Source: Candidatus Saccharimonadales bacterium
GTDB taxonomy: Bacteria; Patescibacteriota; Saccharimonadia; Saccharimonadales; UBA4665
DNA length: 64,000 bases
NCBI GenBank assembly: GCA_038232415.1
Contig: JBBSHY010000002.1
Span: 3,719 to 67,718, forward strand
Reading direction: 5' to 3'
Of this stretch, positions 24,061 to 33,727 are shown one piece after another; the first letter of the stretch is position 1; each line of letters opens with the position of its first letter. The notes under the pieces are model-generated. The model was not told the origin of the DNA, made no database searches, and worked only from the letters and a program-made list of their open reading frames with translations. The translations under genes and the position numbers were made by a program.

Positions 24061-26514
24061 ATGAAACGTTATAATCCTAAAGAGATTGAGCCTAAGTGGC
24101 AGAAGGTCTGGCAGGATAAGCAGCTATATAAGGCTGTTGATTTTGATAAGCGGCCGAAATACGTCATGTTGACGGAGTTTCCGTATCCCTCTGGTGACGG
24201 ACTGCATTTGGGGCACATCCGCGAGTATACGTATGGCGATATCATGGCCCGTCAGAAACGCATGCAGGGCTATAACGTGCTTTATCCAATGGGCTATGAT
24301 GCTTTTGGCCTGCCAACCGAGAACTATGCCATTAAACATAAGATTAGTCCTCAAGCCGGGACTGACCAAAATATAGCTGCTTTCCAGAGACAGTTTGAAA
24401 GTCTGGGTTTCAGCTTTGATTGGGACCGGTCTTTTCGTACCAGCGACCCGGAGTATTACAAATGGACTCAGTGGCTGTTTCTGCAATTTCATAAAGCCGG
24501 GCTGGCCTATCAGGATGAGATCGCCATCAACTGGTGCCCACACTGCAAGACCGGACTAAGCAACGAGGAAGTCGTCAATGGCCGGCATGAGCGCTGCGAT
24601 ACTTTAGTCGAAAAAAAGATCCTAAAACAATGGCTGCTAAAAATTACCGACTATGCCGATAGGCTTCTGGAAGGCTTGAAGAACGTTGACTACCCCAGCC
24701 GAATCGCTGACCAGCAGGTCAATTGGATTGGCCGCAGCCGCGGTGCCAACATCCGCTTCAATATCGAAAATTCTATCGAAAATATCGAGGTGTATACAAC
24801 TGCACATGACACGATTTTTGGCGTGACGTTCATGGTCTTGGCTCCAGAACACGGATTAGTCGAAAAAGTCACGACCGATGAGCATAGAGCGACAGTGAAT
24901 AGCTATATCAAAGCTGCTCAGGCCAAGAATGAAATCGAGCGGCAAGACGAAGGCCGTGAAAAAACCGGCGTCTTCACTGGCGCTCATGCAATCAATCCTT
25001 TAAATAATGAAAAAATTCCTATTTGGATTGCCGACTATGTCCTGGCCGGATATGGTACCGGCGCCATTATGGCCGTACCGGGAGAAGACGCTCGTGACTA
25101 CGAATTTGCTAAAAAATATGGATTGCCGATTGTTTACACTACGGAGCAGCAAGAGTTTGTAAACTACCAGACTGAACTCAAGCTTAAACGCTCAGAACAC
25201 AAGCTGGCTAATTCTGGTGAGTTTGACGGCCTCGACTTTAATGAAGGCCGTCAAAAAATTCTGGAAAAATTAATAGAACTCGGTGTGGGTAAAGAAGAAA
25301 TTCAATACAGGCTGCGGGATTGGATCTTCAGCCGGCAGCACTATTGGGGCGAACCTATTCCGATTATTCATTGCCCTGAGCAGGGGGCCGTACCTGTACC
25401 GGACGACCAATTACCCGTAGAACTGCCACAAGTGGAAAATTACGAGCCGACTGACAGCGGTGAAAGCCCTTTAGCTGCCATGAAAGATTGGGTCAATACT
25501 AAATGTCCAGCATGTGGTAAACCGGCCAAGCGTGAGACCGATACCATGCCCAACTGGGCCGGCAGCAGCTGGTATTATCTGCGCTATTACGATGCGCACA
25601 ATGATCAAAGCTTTGCAGACCGCAAGAAACTAGATTACTGGGGCGATGTTGACATGTATCTGGGCGGAATGGAGCATACGACTCTCCATCTGCTATATTC
25701 GCGTTTCTGGCATCAGTTTTTATACGATCAAAAATTGGTACCAACTCCGGAACCTTACCTGGCAAGACGGGGACAGGGAATCATTCTGGCTGCCGATAAT
25801 ACCAAAATGAGTAAGAGCAAGGGTAATATTGTCAATCCGACTGATATTATCGATAGCGGCTATGGTGCCGACGCATTGCGGCTGGCAATCTCGTTCCTGG
25901 CTCCCTATGATCAGACAACAATCTGGAGTCCCGAAGCTGTCGCTGGCACCCACCGCTTCCTGCAAAGGGTTTGGACGCTCACCCAGGAATATATAGATGC
26001 AAATTCTACGAGTAAGTCCGGCAAGTCCAACGATGAGCTTTTACGGACTCTTCATTTAACTATAAAAAAAGTCAGTCAAGATTTGCATACCATGAGTTTT
26101 AATACAGCCATTGCTAGCCTGATGGAAAATGTCAATGTGCTTTATCGTATAAAGACAAATGACATGTTTAATACCAAAGAGTGGCGCTGGACTATCGAGA
26201 GTATGCTGCTATTAACGGCTCCGTTTGCGCCGCATCTTGCTGAAGAACTATGGCATCAATTAGGGCATGAGAGTTCAATTCATGGCAGCCCGTGGCCAAA
26301 ACACGATGATAAGTATCTGGTCGAAGATACTATAACTATTGTCGTTCAGGTCAATGGTAAGCTTCGTGGTGAAGTCCAAGTCGGCAGTGATGCTGGTGAA
26401 AAAACTATAGTCGAAGCCGCCAAAACTAATGACAAGATCGTTGTTTTTCTAAAAGATCAAACTATCCGCAAAACTATTTACGTACCACACAAGCTTGTCA
26501 ACTTCGTCGTTTAA
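24061..26514 (+). CDS. leuS: leucyl-tRNA synthetase
   Basis: 817 aa with HLGH (HIGH-type) and KMSKS motifs and a CP1 editing domain. Confidence 0.95.
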   Translation: MKRYNPKEIEPKWQKVWQDKQLYKAVDFDKRPKYVMLTEFPYPSGDGLHLGHIREYTYGDIMARQKRMQGYNVLYPMGYDAFGLPTENYAIKHKISPQAGTDQNIAAFQRQFESLGFSFDWDRSFRTSDPEYYKWTQWLFLQFHKAGLAYQDEIAINWCPHCKTGLSNEEVVNGRHERCDTLVEKKILKQWLLKITDYADRLLEGLKNVDYPSRIADQQVNWIGRSRGANIRFNIENSIENIEVYTTAHDTIFGVTFMVLAPEHGLVEKVTTDEHRATVNSYIKAAQAKNEIERQDEGREKTGVFTGAHAINPLNNEKIPIWIADYVLAGYGTGAIMAVPGEDARDYEFAKKYGLPIVYTTEQQEFVNYQTELKLKRSEHKLANSGEFDGLDFNEGRQKILEKLIELGVGKEEIQYRLRDWIFSRQHYWGEPIPIIHCPEQGAVPVPDDQLPVELPQVENYEPTDSGESPLAAMKDWVNTKCPACGKPAKRETDTMPNWAGSSWYYLRYYDAHNDQSFADRKKLDYWGDVDMYLGGMEHTTLHLLYSRFWHQFLYDQKLVPTPEPYLARRGQGIILAADNTKMSKSKGNIVNPTDIIDSGYGADALRLAISFLAPYDQTTIWSPEAVAGTHRFLQRVWTLTQEYIDANSTSKSGKSNDELLRTLHLTIKKVSQDLHTMSFNTAIASLMENVNVLYRIKTNDMFNTKEWRWTIESMLLLTAPFAPHLAEELWHQLGHESSIHGSPWPKHDDKYLVEDTITIVVQVNGKLRGEVQVGSDAGEKTIVEAAKTNDKIVVFLKDQTIRKTIYVPHKLVNFVV

Positions 26515-26604
26515 GGCCAAGAATTAACCAATTGTTAAATTCGGCCTTTTTCTTAACGTTTTTCTTTCTCTGAGTACAGAACAGATCTACAATCGACCTA
26601 CAAA

Positions 26605-27027
26605 ATGATATACAGGTCAAAAACATTACAATTACCTGGCTCGTCAGCGGAGGAAGTTATCAAGCGTTCAAGGTACACCTATCATATTATTCAGAAACTG
26701 ACACCGAGACGTGCTCCTTATATACGGTCAAAGTACTTCGCTAAGGATAAAATATTCATTAATAGTTTTTGGGATCATCTTAATAAAAAGACATCAAGAG
26801 ACAAACTTCGCAGACTCAAGCTTTTTCCATGTGCCATCGACTTGATACGTAATAGCAAAATAGCTCCACGGACTAGGCAACATCTTAACAATCCAAATGA
26901 GTCGCTACATCGCTTTTATGGTATTAGCCGCGATGGCTTCTATTTTTGCGTACAGATTAAAGAGAATAAAAGAACAGGTAGAAAAGATTTTATATCAGTT
27001 TTTCCCTCGCGTGAAACACAGACGTAA
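26605..27027 (+). CDS. hypothetical basic protein
   Basis: 140 aa, Lys/Arg-rich (...KIFINSFWDHLNKKTSRDKLRRLKLFPCAIDLI...HRFYGISRDGFYFCVQIKENKRTGRKDFISVFP). Followed by a long hairpin at 27030-27085. No family recognised. Confidence 0.5.
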   Translation: MIYRSKTLQLPGSSAEEVIKRSRYTYHIIQKLTPRRAPYIRSKYFAKDKIFINSFWDHLNKKTSRDKLRRLKLFPCAIDLIRNSKIAPRTRQHLNNPNESLHRFYGISRDGFYFCVQIKENKRTGRKDFISVFPSRETQT

Positions 27028-27221
27028 ATAAAAAAGGCCTCCCGCAGTGTAGTTCAATGACTACGGCCGGAGGTCTTAATTTTTATTATACATCATCTCT
27101 AAAGTCAGTCAATACAATAAAAAGGGGTAATCCCGCCCACTAACTTCCTCTTGAGAAAATCGGCGAAATTGGGTAAAATATACCTAAGTTTTGTTAATGT
27201 AACGAAAAGGAAACTTTACCT

Positions 27222-27365
27222 ATGGGTAAGCCCAAAAAGCGAACAAGCCCGCGTAAAACGGGCACGCGCCGCAGCCACTTGGTTCTGAAACTGGCGCGTA
27301 AAGTCAATGCTAAGTCACCTGTTAAAATTCGCACTACTAAGCGGGAATCGGCTAAAGTCGCCTAG
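27222..27365 (+). CDS. rpmF: 50S ribosomal protein L32
   Basis: 47 aa, MGKPKKRTSPRKTGTRRSHLVLK..., the L32 signature. AAAGG lies 11 nt upstream. Below the ORF-track length cutoff. Confidence 0.8.
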   Translation: MGKPKKRTSPRKTGTRRSHLVLKLARKVNAKSPVKIRTTKRESAKVA

Positions 27366-27411
27366 AGTTTTCGGGTTTTTGGCTTAGCATTTAAAGGGAA
27401 AATTTAACAAT

Positions 27412-27948
27412 ATGGCATCAAATCGTCACCTCGGCCGCATTATCGCCCTCCAGACGCTGTACGAGCAAGAGTTACGCAGCGAAGCTGATGATAGCGGCTT
27501 TGACTTGGGCAAGGTGCTAAAACGCAATATCGTTCGGTATAAGGGAATGATTGATGACGTGGAATTCATCGAAAAACTTGTTACAGGAGTTACAAAACAA
27601 GCAATTCAGCTGGACGCAATCCTACAGCCTATAGCTCCGGAATGGCCAATAGACCAAATTGCGCGTATGGATCGCATAGTTCTAAGAATTGGTCTTTATG
27701 AGCTACAGAATGAAGCCGATGTTCCGCCTAAAGTTGTTATTAATGAGGCTGTAGAATTAGCCAAAGCTTTTGGCGGAGACAATTCATCAAAGTTTATAAA
27801 CGGGGTTTTAGGCACTTTGCTGCGTCAACGCGAATCAGCAGAGCCAGCCAAGAAAGATGCCATTACTATAAAAATAACTCAAAAAACAGCCAGCAAGAAT
27901 AAAAAAACGATTCCTCGCATGACATCTAAGAAAATCGGTAGCAGCTAG
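27412..27948 (+). CDS. nusB: transcription antitermination factor NusB
   Basis: 178 aa. ...RIVLRIGLYEL...VVINEAVELAKAFG..., followed by a basic C-terminal tail. Confidence 0.85.
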   Translation: MASNRHLGRIIALQTLYEQELRSEADDSGFDLGKVLKRNIVRYKGMIDDVEFIEKLVTGVTKQAIQLDAILQPIAPEWPIDQIARMDRIVLRIGLYELQNEADVPPKVVINEAVELAKAFGGDNSSKFINGVLGTLLRQRESAEPAKKDAITIKITQKTASKNKKTIPRMTSKKIGSS

Positions 27949-27962
27949 GGGATTTATATAGA

Positions 27963-28463
27963 ATGAAACGACCTAAACCACTCCGAGGCATACGCAAACT
28001 GGCTTTTAAACGGCGTCCTGTTATTGACGAGGTTGTTCGCGAAACTACCTCGGGCGGTATCGTTTTTCGCCGTGATCCCAAGACTAAAGCCGTACATATC
28101 TTACTGATGCAAGATGCTAAAAATCGCTGGACTATACCTAAAGGCCATGTGGAGCCCGGAGAAGAACCAAAAAGTACCGCAGAGCGTGAGATCCGGGAGG
28201 AGACCGGCCTAAAAGAGATGAAGGTTCATAGCTGGCTGGGCAAGGTCAATTTTAGATATCGCCGTAATCATACCTTGGTGCTGATGACCATGCATATTTA
28301 CCTGGTAGAAGGACTTGGTGATAGCGACAAACTGCACCCTGAGGACTGGCTCAACGATATTAAGTGGCTGGCGGCTAACGATGCTATCGACAAAATCGCT
28401 TATGATGACATTGGCAAGCTAATCCTGATAGGTATGAAGCGGATCCGGGAGGGCAAGCTGTAG
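27963..28463 (+). CDS. NUDIX hydrolase
   Basis: Nudix box GHVEPGEEPKSTAEREIREETGL. Confidence 0.85.
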   Translation: MKRPKPLRGIRKLAFKRRPVIDEVVRETTSGGIVFRRDPKTKAVHILLMQDAKNRWTIPKGHVEPGEEPKSTAEREIREETGLKEMKVHSWLGKVNFRYRRNHTLVLMTMHIYLVEGLGDSDKLHPEDWLNDIKWLAANDAIDKIAYDDIGKLILIGMKRIREGKL

Positions 28464-28466
28464 AGT

Positions 28467-29177
28467 ATGGACAAGTCTGCTTACCTTGCTTTCGCGGAGG
28501 ATAAGCTCCACGTTACATTTAATGACATTGAACTGCTGCTAACGGCGTTTACACATCGCTCTTACCTTAATGAGCATAAAAAGACCGTAAGTGAGCACAA
28601 TGAACGTCTGGAGTTTCTGGGCGACGCCGTGCTGGAACTAATAGTCACCGAATATCTGTTTAATAATTATAGCGACCCCGAAGGCATTTTAACTAATTGG
28701 CGCAGCAGCCTGGTACGGACGGAAAGTATTGGAGCGGCAGCCGTAAAATTTGGTTTCGAGCCTCTCCTTCGCTTGAGCCGAGGCGAAAAGCGCGGCAGTG
28801 ATAGGGCCCGGGCCCAGATACTGGCCAATAGTTTTGAAGCTGTTATCGGTGCTTTATATCTGGACCAAGGTTATGAAGCTGCTAAAATCTTTATCACTGA
28901 AAGTATCCTCAGCACATTTAAAGCAATTCTGTCCAGCGGCTCCTGGATGGACTCCAAATCTTATTTACAGGAACTGGCGCAGAGCCAAGAACTGGCCACA
29001 CCTGTCTACAAAGTTATAAACGAGGATGGCCCTGATCATGACAAGACCTTTTTAGTCGGTGTCTATGTTGCCGGTAATTTGCGCGGCCAGGGCACCGGCC
29101 CGAGCAAACAAGCAGCCCAGCAAAAAGCCGCGGAAGCTGCTCTCAACTATTACAAACCCGCAGCTAAGGTTTCATAG
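28467..29177 (+). CDS. rnc: ribonuclease III
   Basis: Signature ERLEFLGDAV and a C-terminal dsRBD (...GPDHDKTF...GPSKQAAQQKAAEAAL). Confidence 0.9.
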   Translation: MDKSAYLAFAEDKLHVTFNDIELLLTAFTHRSYLNEHKKTVSEHNERLEFLGDAVLELIVTEYLFNNYSDPEGILTNWRSSLVRTESIGAAAVKFGFEPLLRLSRGEKRGSDRARAQILANSFEAVIGALYLDQGYEAAKIFITESILSTFKAILSSGSWMDSKSYLQELAQSQELATPVYKVINEDGPDHDKTFLVGVYVAGNLRGQGTGPSKQAAQQKAAEAALNYYKPAAKVS

Positions 29178-29189
29178 CCGGAAAGCCGT

Positions 29190-29219
29190 TTGACAAACAG
29201 GGGACGTTATCTGTAAAAT
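29190..29219 (+). promoter_or_regulatory. promoter TTGACA-18-TAAAAT upstream of rpsP
   Basis: Hexamers at 29190-29195 and 29214-29219. Confidence 0.45.
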
Positions 29220-29276
29220 AGCAAGCATTGTCTTTAGAAATTCTAAGGTTATGAAAGAAATGAATCTTGTAGATAT

Positions 29277-29801
29277 ATGCTAGTTATTCGTATGCAACGT
29301 ACCGGCCGCAAAGGCCACGCCATGTTTAGGGTTATTGTTCAGGACTCAAGATTGACACCGACCAGCGGTAAAGTCGTAGCGCAGTTAGGCAGTTATGACC
29401 CCCATGCTAAAATCATCGTTATTGATAAAGAAAAAGCCGCCTTTTACCTTGAGCATGGTGCTCAGCCATCGGAGCGGGTTGCGCGTTTGCTTAAAAAAGA
29501 AGGTGTAAAGCTTCCCGAATGGGTTAAGCAGCCGGCTGTCAAAAAGCGTACCGTCCGCAATGCCGACAAGCGCCGCAGCACAAGACCGCCGGCACCCGTT
29601 GAAGACGTTGTACCTGCCGAAGCAGAAACCGAAGCTGAGGCTATAGAAGAAGTGAGTGCTGAACATGCTGAGCAGCCTGAATCTAATGAAGAGACCGCAG
29701 CCGAAGCCGTCGAGCCCACGGCCGAAGAACCAAGCGAAGCTGAAGCTGTTGAGCAATCCTCTGCTGAGGTTGCGCCCACCGAAGACGCCACTACTGTCTA
29801 A
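29277..29801 (+). CDS. rpsP: 30S ribosomal protein S16 with an acidic C-terminal extension
   Basis: MLVIRMQRTGRKGHAMFRVIV... S16 core, followed by ~80 aa of Ala/Glu/Pro-rich tail. Confidence 0.9.
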   Translation: MLVIRMQRTGRKGHAMFRVIVQDSRLTPTSGKVVAQLGSYDPHAKIIVIDKEKAAFYLEHGAQPSERVARLLKKEGVKLPEWVKQPAVKKRTVRNADKRRSTRPPAPVEDVVPAEAETEAEAIEEVSAEHAEQPESNEETAAEAVEPTAEEPSEAEAVEQSSAEVAPTEDATTV

Positions 29802-29906
29802 ATTGTCTATTGGCAAGAATTTTCACAGGTAAGCCCAACTTCGATTTGTTATAATTGATTATGTACTGGATTACCATTAACCCTAAGCCTGAGGAGTTTG
29901 CCACCA

Positions 29907-30428
29907 ATGAGTGATATTGACCAACAATTTATAGAATATGTAGTTAAGTCCCTGGTTGGAAAGCCGGATTCAGTGCATATTGACCGGCGTATCGATGAGA
30001 AGGGCGTGCTTCTGGAATTAACCGTTGATCCGGAAGATCTGGGCCGGGTAATTGGTAAGAGAGGGGCGACTGCTCAATCACTAAGAACTCTGCTCAGGGC
30101 TCTTGGTACCAAGAATGACGCCCGTTACAACCTTAAAATTATTGACAATGGGCCGCTTGATTACGGTGGTAGCAGGGACAATGCAGCTGAGTCTAGTCAA
30201 GATAAACCAGCTGACGACAGTAGTGACGACACCGCAATTAATGATACTGATACCGTTGTAACTAATGAAGAAGATGCTCCTCAATCAGCGGCGGAAGAGC
30301 CTGCTCTCCCGGAAGCTCCTGAAGTAGCGGCACCAATATCGCCTGAACCTGAACCCGAAGATCAAACCAGTGACCGCGTACAACGGGCCAGAGAAGAAAT
30401 GGCCGATCTCGATGACCTTGACGTGTGA
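29907..30428 (+). CDS. KH-domain RNA-binding protein (YlqC/UPF0109 type) with an acidic tail
   Basis: GRVIGKRGATAQSLRTLL GxxG motif. Start at ATG 29907, with GAGGAG 10 nt upstream. Confidence 0.8.
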   Translation: MSDIDQQFIEYVVKSLVGKPDSVHIDRRIDEKGVLLELTVDPEDLGRVIGKRGATAQSLRTLLRALGTKNDARYNLKIIDNGPLDYGGSRDNAAESSQDKPADDSSDDTAINDTDTVVTNEEDAPQSAAEEPALPEAPEVAAPISPEPEPEDQTSDRVQRAREEMADLDDLDV

Positions 30429-30579
30429 ACCTAGTTCTCAATTTCTGTGTTATTCTTACATTTAACTTGTAATAACTTAACAGGCTCAGGTATAGTAGCC
30501 CTTAGTCATTACGACGAAAACTAAACAGAAAATTTCAAAGCTCAATGCGAGCCATCGACAGGTGGGAGCTTTATGTGAC

Positions 30580-30615
30580 AAAACAACCTCTTTCAACAGG
30601 GGTTGTTTTGATTTT
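30580..30615 (+). terminator. terminator-like hairpin 17 nt before the trmD start
   Basis: AAAACAACC-loop-GGTTGTTTT followed by GATTTTG. Confidence 0.4.
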
Positions 30616-30631
30616 GATACAATATAAACAG

Positions 30632-31291
30632 ATGACATTCCAAATTATTACCCTGTTTCCCGAAATGTTTACGGGCATTCTGGGTAATAGTATGCTCTGG
30701 AAGGCGCAAGACAAGGGCATAGTATCTTATGAGATCATTGATTTGCGGCAGTTTGGTCTGGGGCCTCGCCTGCAGGTTGATGATACACCTTATGGTGGCG
30801 GTGACGGGATGTTATTGAAGGTAGAGCCGCTAGTGTCCGCTATTGAGCAAGCCAAGTCAAAAGCTCCAAGTGCCAAAGTTTTGTTGCCATCGCCGAGGGG
30901 AAAATTATATAAACAATCTTATGCTAAACGCTTGGCAGGTTATGAGGCAGACATAATCATCATCTGTCCGCGTTATGAAGGTTATGATGAACGGATCACA
31001 AACTGGGTCGACGAAAGCTTCTGTATAGGTAATTATGTACTAACTGGCGGCGAGCTGCCGGCTATGGTTATAATTGATTCTGTTGTACGTCTGCTGCCTG
31101 GAGTGCTGGGCGGCGAAACATCGGCTGAGATAGAGTCTTTTCAAGCTGATGACGTGTCAGTAGAGTTTCCCCAATACACTAGACCGGAGCATTATAAAGG
31201 CCTGAAAGTCCCGGAAGTATTATTGAGCGGTGATCATGCCGCTATCGAAACCTGGCGTAAAGCTCAAAGCGGAAAAATTCCTACAGATTAA
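30632..31291 (+). CDS. trmD: tRNA (guanine37-N1)-methyltransferase
   Basis: MTFQIITLFPEMF... canonical N-terminus at ATG 30632. The track ORF from 30545 spans the upstream hairpin and is probably over-extended. Confidence 0.9.
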   Translation: MTFQIITLFPEMFTGILGNSMLWKAQDKGIVSYEIIDLRQFGLGPRLQVDDTPYGGGDGMLLKVEPLVSAIEQAKSKAPSAKVLLPSPRGKLYKQSYAKRLAGYEADIIIICPRYEGYDERITNWVDESFCIGNYVLTGGELPAMVIIDSVVRLLPGVLGGETSAEIESFQADDVSVEFPQYTRPEHYKGLKVPEVLLSGDHAAIETWRKAQSGKIPTD

Positions 31292-31332
31292 CGATATCTA
31301 TATTGGGTTTAATACCTGTAACTGCTTTACTG

Positions 31333-32883
31333 TTATCTGATAATTTTAAGGTGGTCTAGGATAGGCGTGACATGTGATGCGGGTGTTTTGAGATCTATAC
31401 CCGATGGTTTTGTTTGATTGTTCGGCGTTGCTGACTGAAGGCTTGTTATAGGGGCATTTGATACCTGAGGGCTAGGGGTTATAGGAGTTGTTGGCTTTGG
31501 CACTGCCGCTGGAACAGCGGTTACTGGTTCTTTGGTAAGTTTTGGCAAATCCGCGTTATTTACGAGAGGAATCTGTGCTTTGGACTGAGCTTGACTGCGG
31601 GTAGTTGAGTGACGAGAGGCGGTTTTTCGAACCAAGGGCGGTGGAGCTGGTTGTAAGAGAACAAGACCAAAACAGAACAGCGATATGATAAACAAGGGGG
31701 GCCCGATCAGTAAAGTATGTGAGCCCTGGATTTGCCTTGAGCCAGTATCGAATACGTAATGATTCATATCAATACCACCGATCTTCCATGATTTGTATCT
31801 TAAATAATACTGCCTAATAAGTATACTCCGCAACTTAGCTAAGACTGTAAGCATTCTTACAAACAAATCTTCAATAATAAACTGTTTAAAGCTATATTGC
31901 CTCTGAGAAACATCATTCTCTGACGGGAAGAAGCGCAGTTTAGCTGTGAACTGAGTGCCATGACTACGAGAACTTCTTACTTGTATTGAACCGCCGAAAT
32001 CCACCGTTACGTATTGCTTAACCAGGGCCAGGCCAATACCCATGCCATGGCCTGTTTTGTATTTAGTAGTGTAAAATGGCTCAAATACCTGGGCAAATTC
32101 TGGCGTATCAATGCCTTTCCCCCAGTCAGTAACTTGCAGCTTCAGCCACTGCCCGCTTTTCTTGACGGTCACTGCCACGTGTTTTATGCTGGTTGACCGG
32201 CCGGTATGCGCATAGGCATCAATAGCGTTGGTTACCAGGTTAGATACCAACTGGTGAAACTTGACAGAGTCACCGTACAGATTATAGTTTCCGCTTTGCT
32301 CAATTTTCAGCTTAACGCCAGCACGGCAAGCAAGTGGTGACATAATGTCTGCTATCTGGTTAAGCTCGTGACGTATAGGAAAACTACCCATAGTAGTTTG
32401 TGTTTTAATCTGTTTGCGAGCTGCTTCTAGATAACGTTCTAATTGTTGAAGGTTTTTGCGAGCTTGTATGAGTAGTAGAGACTTTTTGTTGTCGCATTGC
32501 TCGAGATTTAGGGAAGCGGCAGTAAGAGGGTTTGCTATTTCATGCACCAAGTTAGCGCTTAATCGTCCAAACTCGGCAAATCGTTGTAATTCCCTAACCT
32601 GCATACAATGAGCGTTTACACAATGCCTGAAAATATGCCACAGCCCTATAACTACAAGTAAAAAAATACCGTTCGCAACCATTGTGTCTTCTTTTTGGTC
32701 GAATACTAAGGGTTGGTGTTGAATGGCTGAGGACACCATCTTTAAGCAGGCAAATAAAGCCAAGCTAAAGAACAGGCTATTGACGATAAACTCACGTTCT
32801 GTTGAGTTGCCGGTTCGCCGTAAGGGTTTGAAGAGTAACCAGTTTGTCGGCTGTAAGTGTAGTTTACGTCTGGGCGGGGTCAT
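31333..32883 (-). CDS. sensor histidine kinase with a ~190-aa C-terminal membrane/Pro-Thr-rich extension
   Basis: H-box FGRLSANLVHEIANPL, with N and G boxes NLVTNAIDAY, DWGKGI and GHGMGIGL. The start ATG 32883 lies 1 nt after the regulator stop. The tail after ...GTQFTAKLRF carries one TM helix and a P/T/S-rich region. Confidence 0.8.
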   Translation of the reverse strand: MTPPRRKLHLQPTNWLLFKPLRRTGNSTEREFIVNSLFFSLALFACLKMVSSAIQHQPLVFDQKEDTMVANGIFLLVVIGLWHIFRHCVNAHCMQVRELQRFAEFGRLSANLVHEIANPLTAASLNLEQCDNKKSLLLIQARKNLQQLERYLEAARKQIKTQTTMGSFPIRHELNQIADIMSPLACRAGVKLKIEQSGNYNLYGDSVKFHQLVSNLVTNAIDAYAHTGRSTSIKHVAVTVKKSGQWLKLQVTDWGKGIDTPEFAQVFEPFYTTKYKTGHGMGIGLALVKQYVTVDFGGSIQVRSSRSHGTQFTAKLRFFPSENDVSQRQYSFKQFIIEDLFVRMLTVLAKLRSILIRQYYLRYKSWKIGGIDMNHYVFDTGSRQIQGSHTLLIGPPLFIISLFCFGLVLLQPAPPPLVRKTASRHSTTRSQAQSKAQIPLVNNADLPKLTKEPVTAVPAAVPKPTTPITPSPQVSNAPITSLQSATPNNQTKPSGIDLKTPASHVTPILDHLKIIR

Positions 32884-32884
32884 A

Positions 32885-33586
32885 TCATAATTTGACTTCA
32901 AGCTTGTAGCCCAAACCATGCACAGTCATGATTAGCGATTTTTCAAAAGGCCGGTCAATCTTGTCGCGTAGATATTTAATATGTACGTCAACTGTATTTG
33001 TGAAGAGCTCACCGGCGCCTTGCCAGGCGTATCGGATCAAGGCCTCACGTGTAACTACTGAGCCTGCATTCTCCATTAGACACTCTAGCAATGCAAACTC
33101 TTTGCGTCTTAGGTTTATGGCTATGCCTTCACGACTTACTTGATATGTATTGCGGTCAAGCACCACCCCGCTTACAGATAATTGTCTCTCTGGACGAGGT
33201 TGTGGGGCATGAGTCCGGCTTATGACCCTTAAACGGGCTTTAAGCTCTCCGACACTAAAAGGTTTAGTCATGTAATCATTGGCACCAATGTTAAGCATCT
33301 TAACTTTTGATAAAACATTAGCATCACCCGTTAAGATTAATATCGGGATGTTAAGGTTTCGTTCGCATAATAATTGGCAAATCGTGACGCCAGACATATC
33401 TGGTAAATTTAGATCCAACACGACGATGTCATAATGTTCAAAGTCAATTTTATGTAGGGCCAGCTGTCCAGTAGGGGCGACGTCTACCTCATAGGTGCTT
33501 TGAAGAACCTGTGTCAGAGCACTAGATATACTATAATCATCTTCGACCAGTAGGATTTTGGGCTGTAACTGCATGCTCCTCATCAT
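32885..33586 (-). CDS. OmpR-family response regulator
   Basis: Receiver ILLVEDD...VVLDLNLPDMSG...K and a winged-helix C-terminus ...TVHGLGYKL. Confidence 0.9.
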   Translation of the reverse strand: MMRSMQLQPKILLVEDDYSISSALTQVLQSTYEVDVAPTGQLALHKIDFEHYDIVVLDLNLPDMSGVTICQLLCERNLNIPILILTGDANVLSKVKMLNIGANDYMTKPFSVGELKARLRVISRTHAPQPRPERQLSVSGVVLDRNTYQVSREGIAINLRRKEFALLECLMENAGSVVTREALIRYAWQGAGELFTNTVDVHIKYLRDKIDRPFEKSLIMTVHGLGYKLEVKL

Positions 33587-33727
33587 TACACATAAACATT
33601 AAAAAACTATTAAATAGCACCTTTTTGAAATCTTAGCACAATGTGTTAAAGATGTCTAGACTAAAATTCAGAGAGCAAGCCAATTACTTTAAAGGGGCGT
33701 TTAAACTGAATAAGTTTGGTCGGCTAC

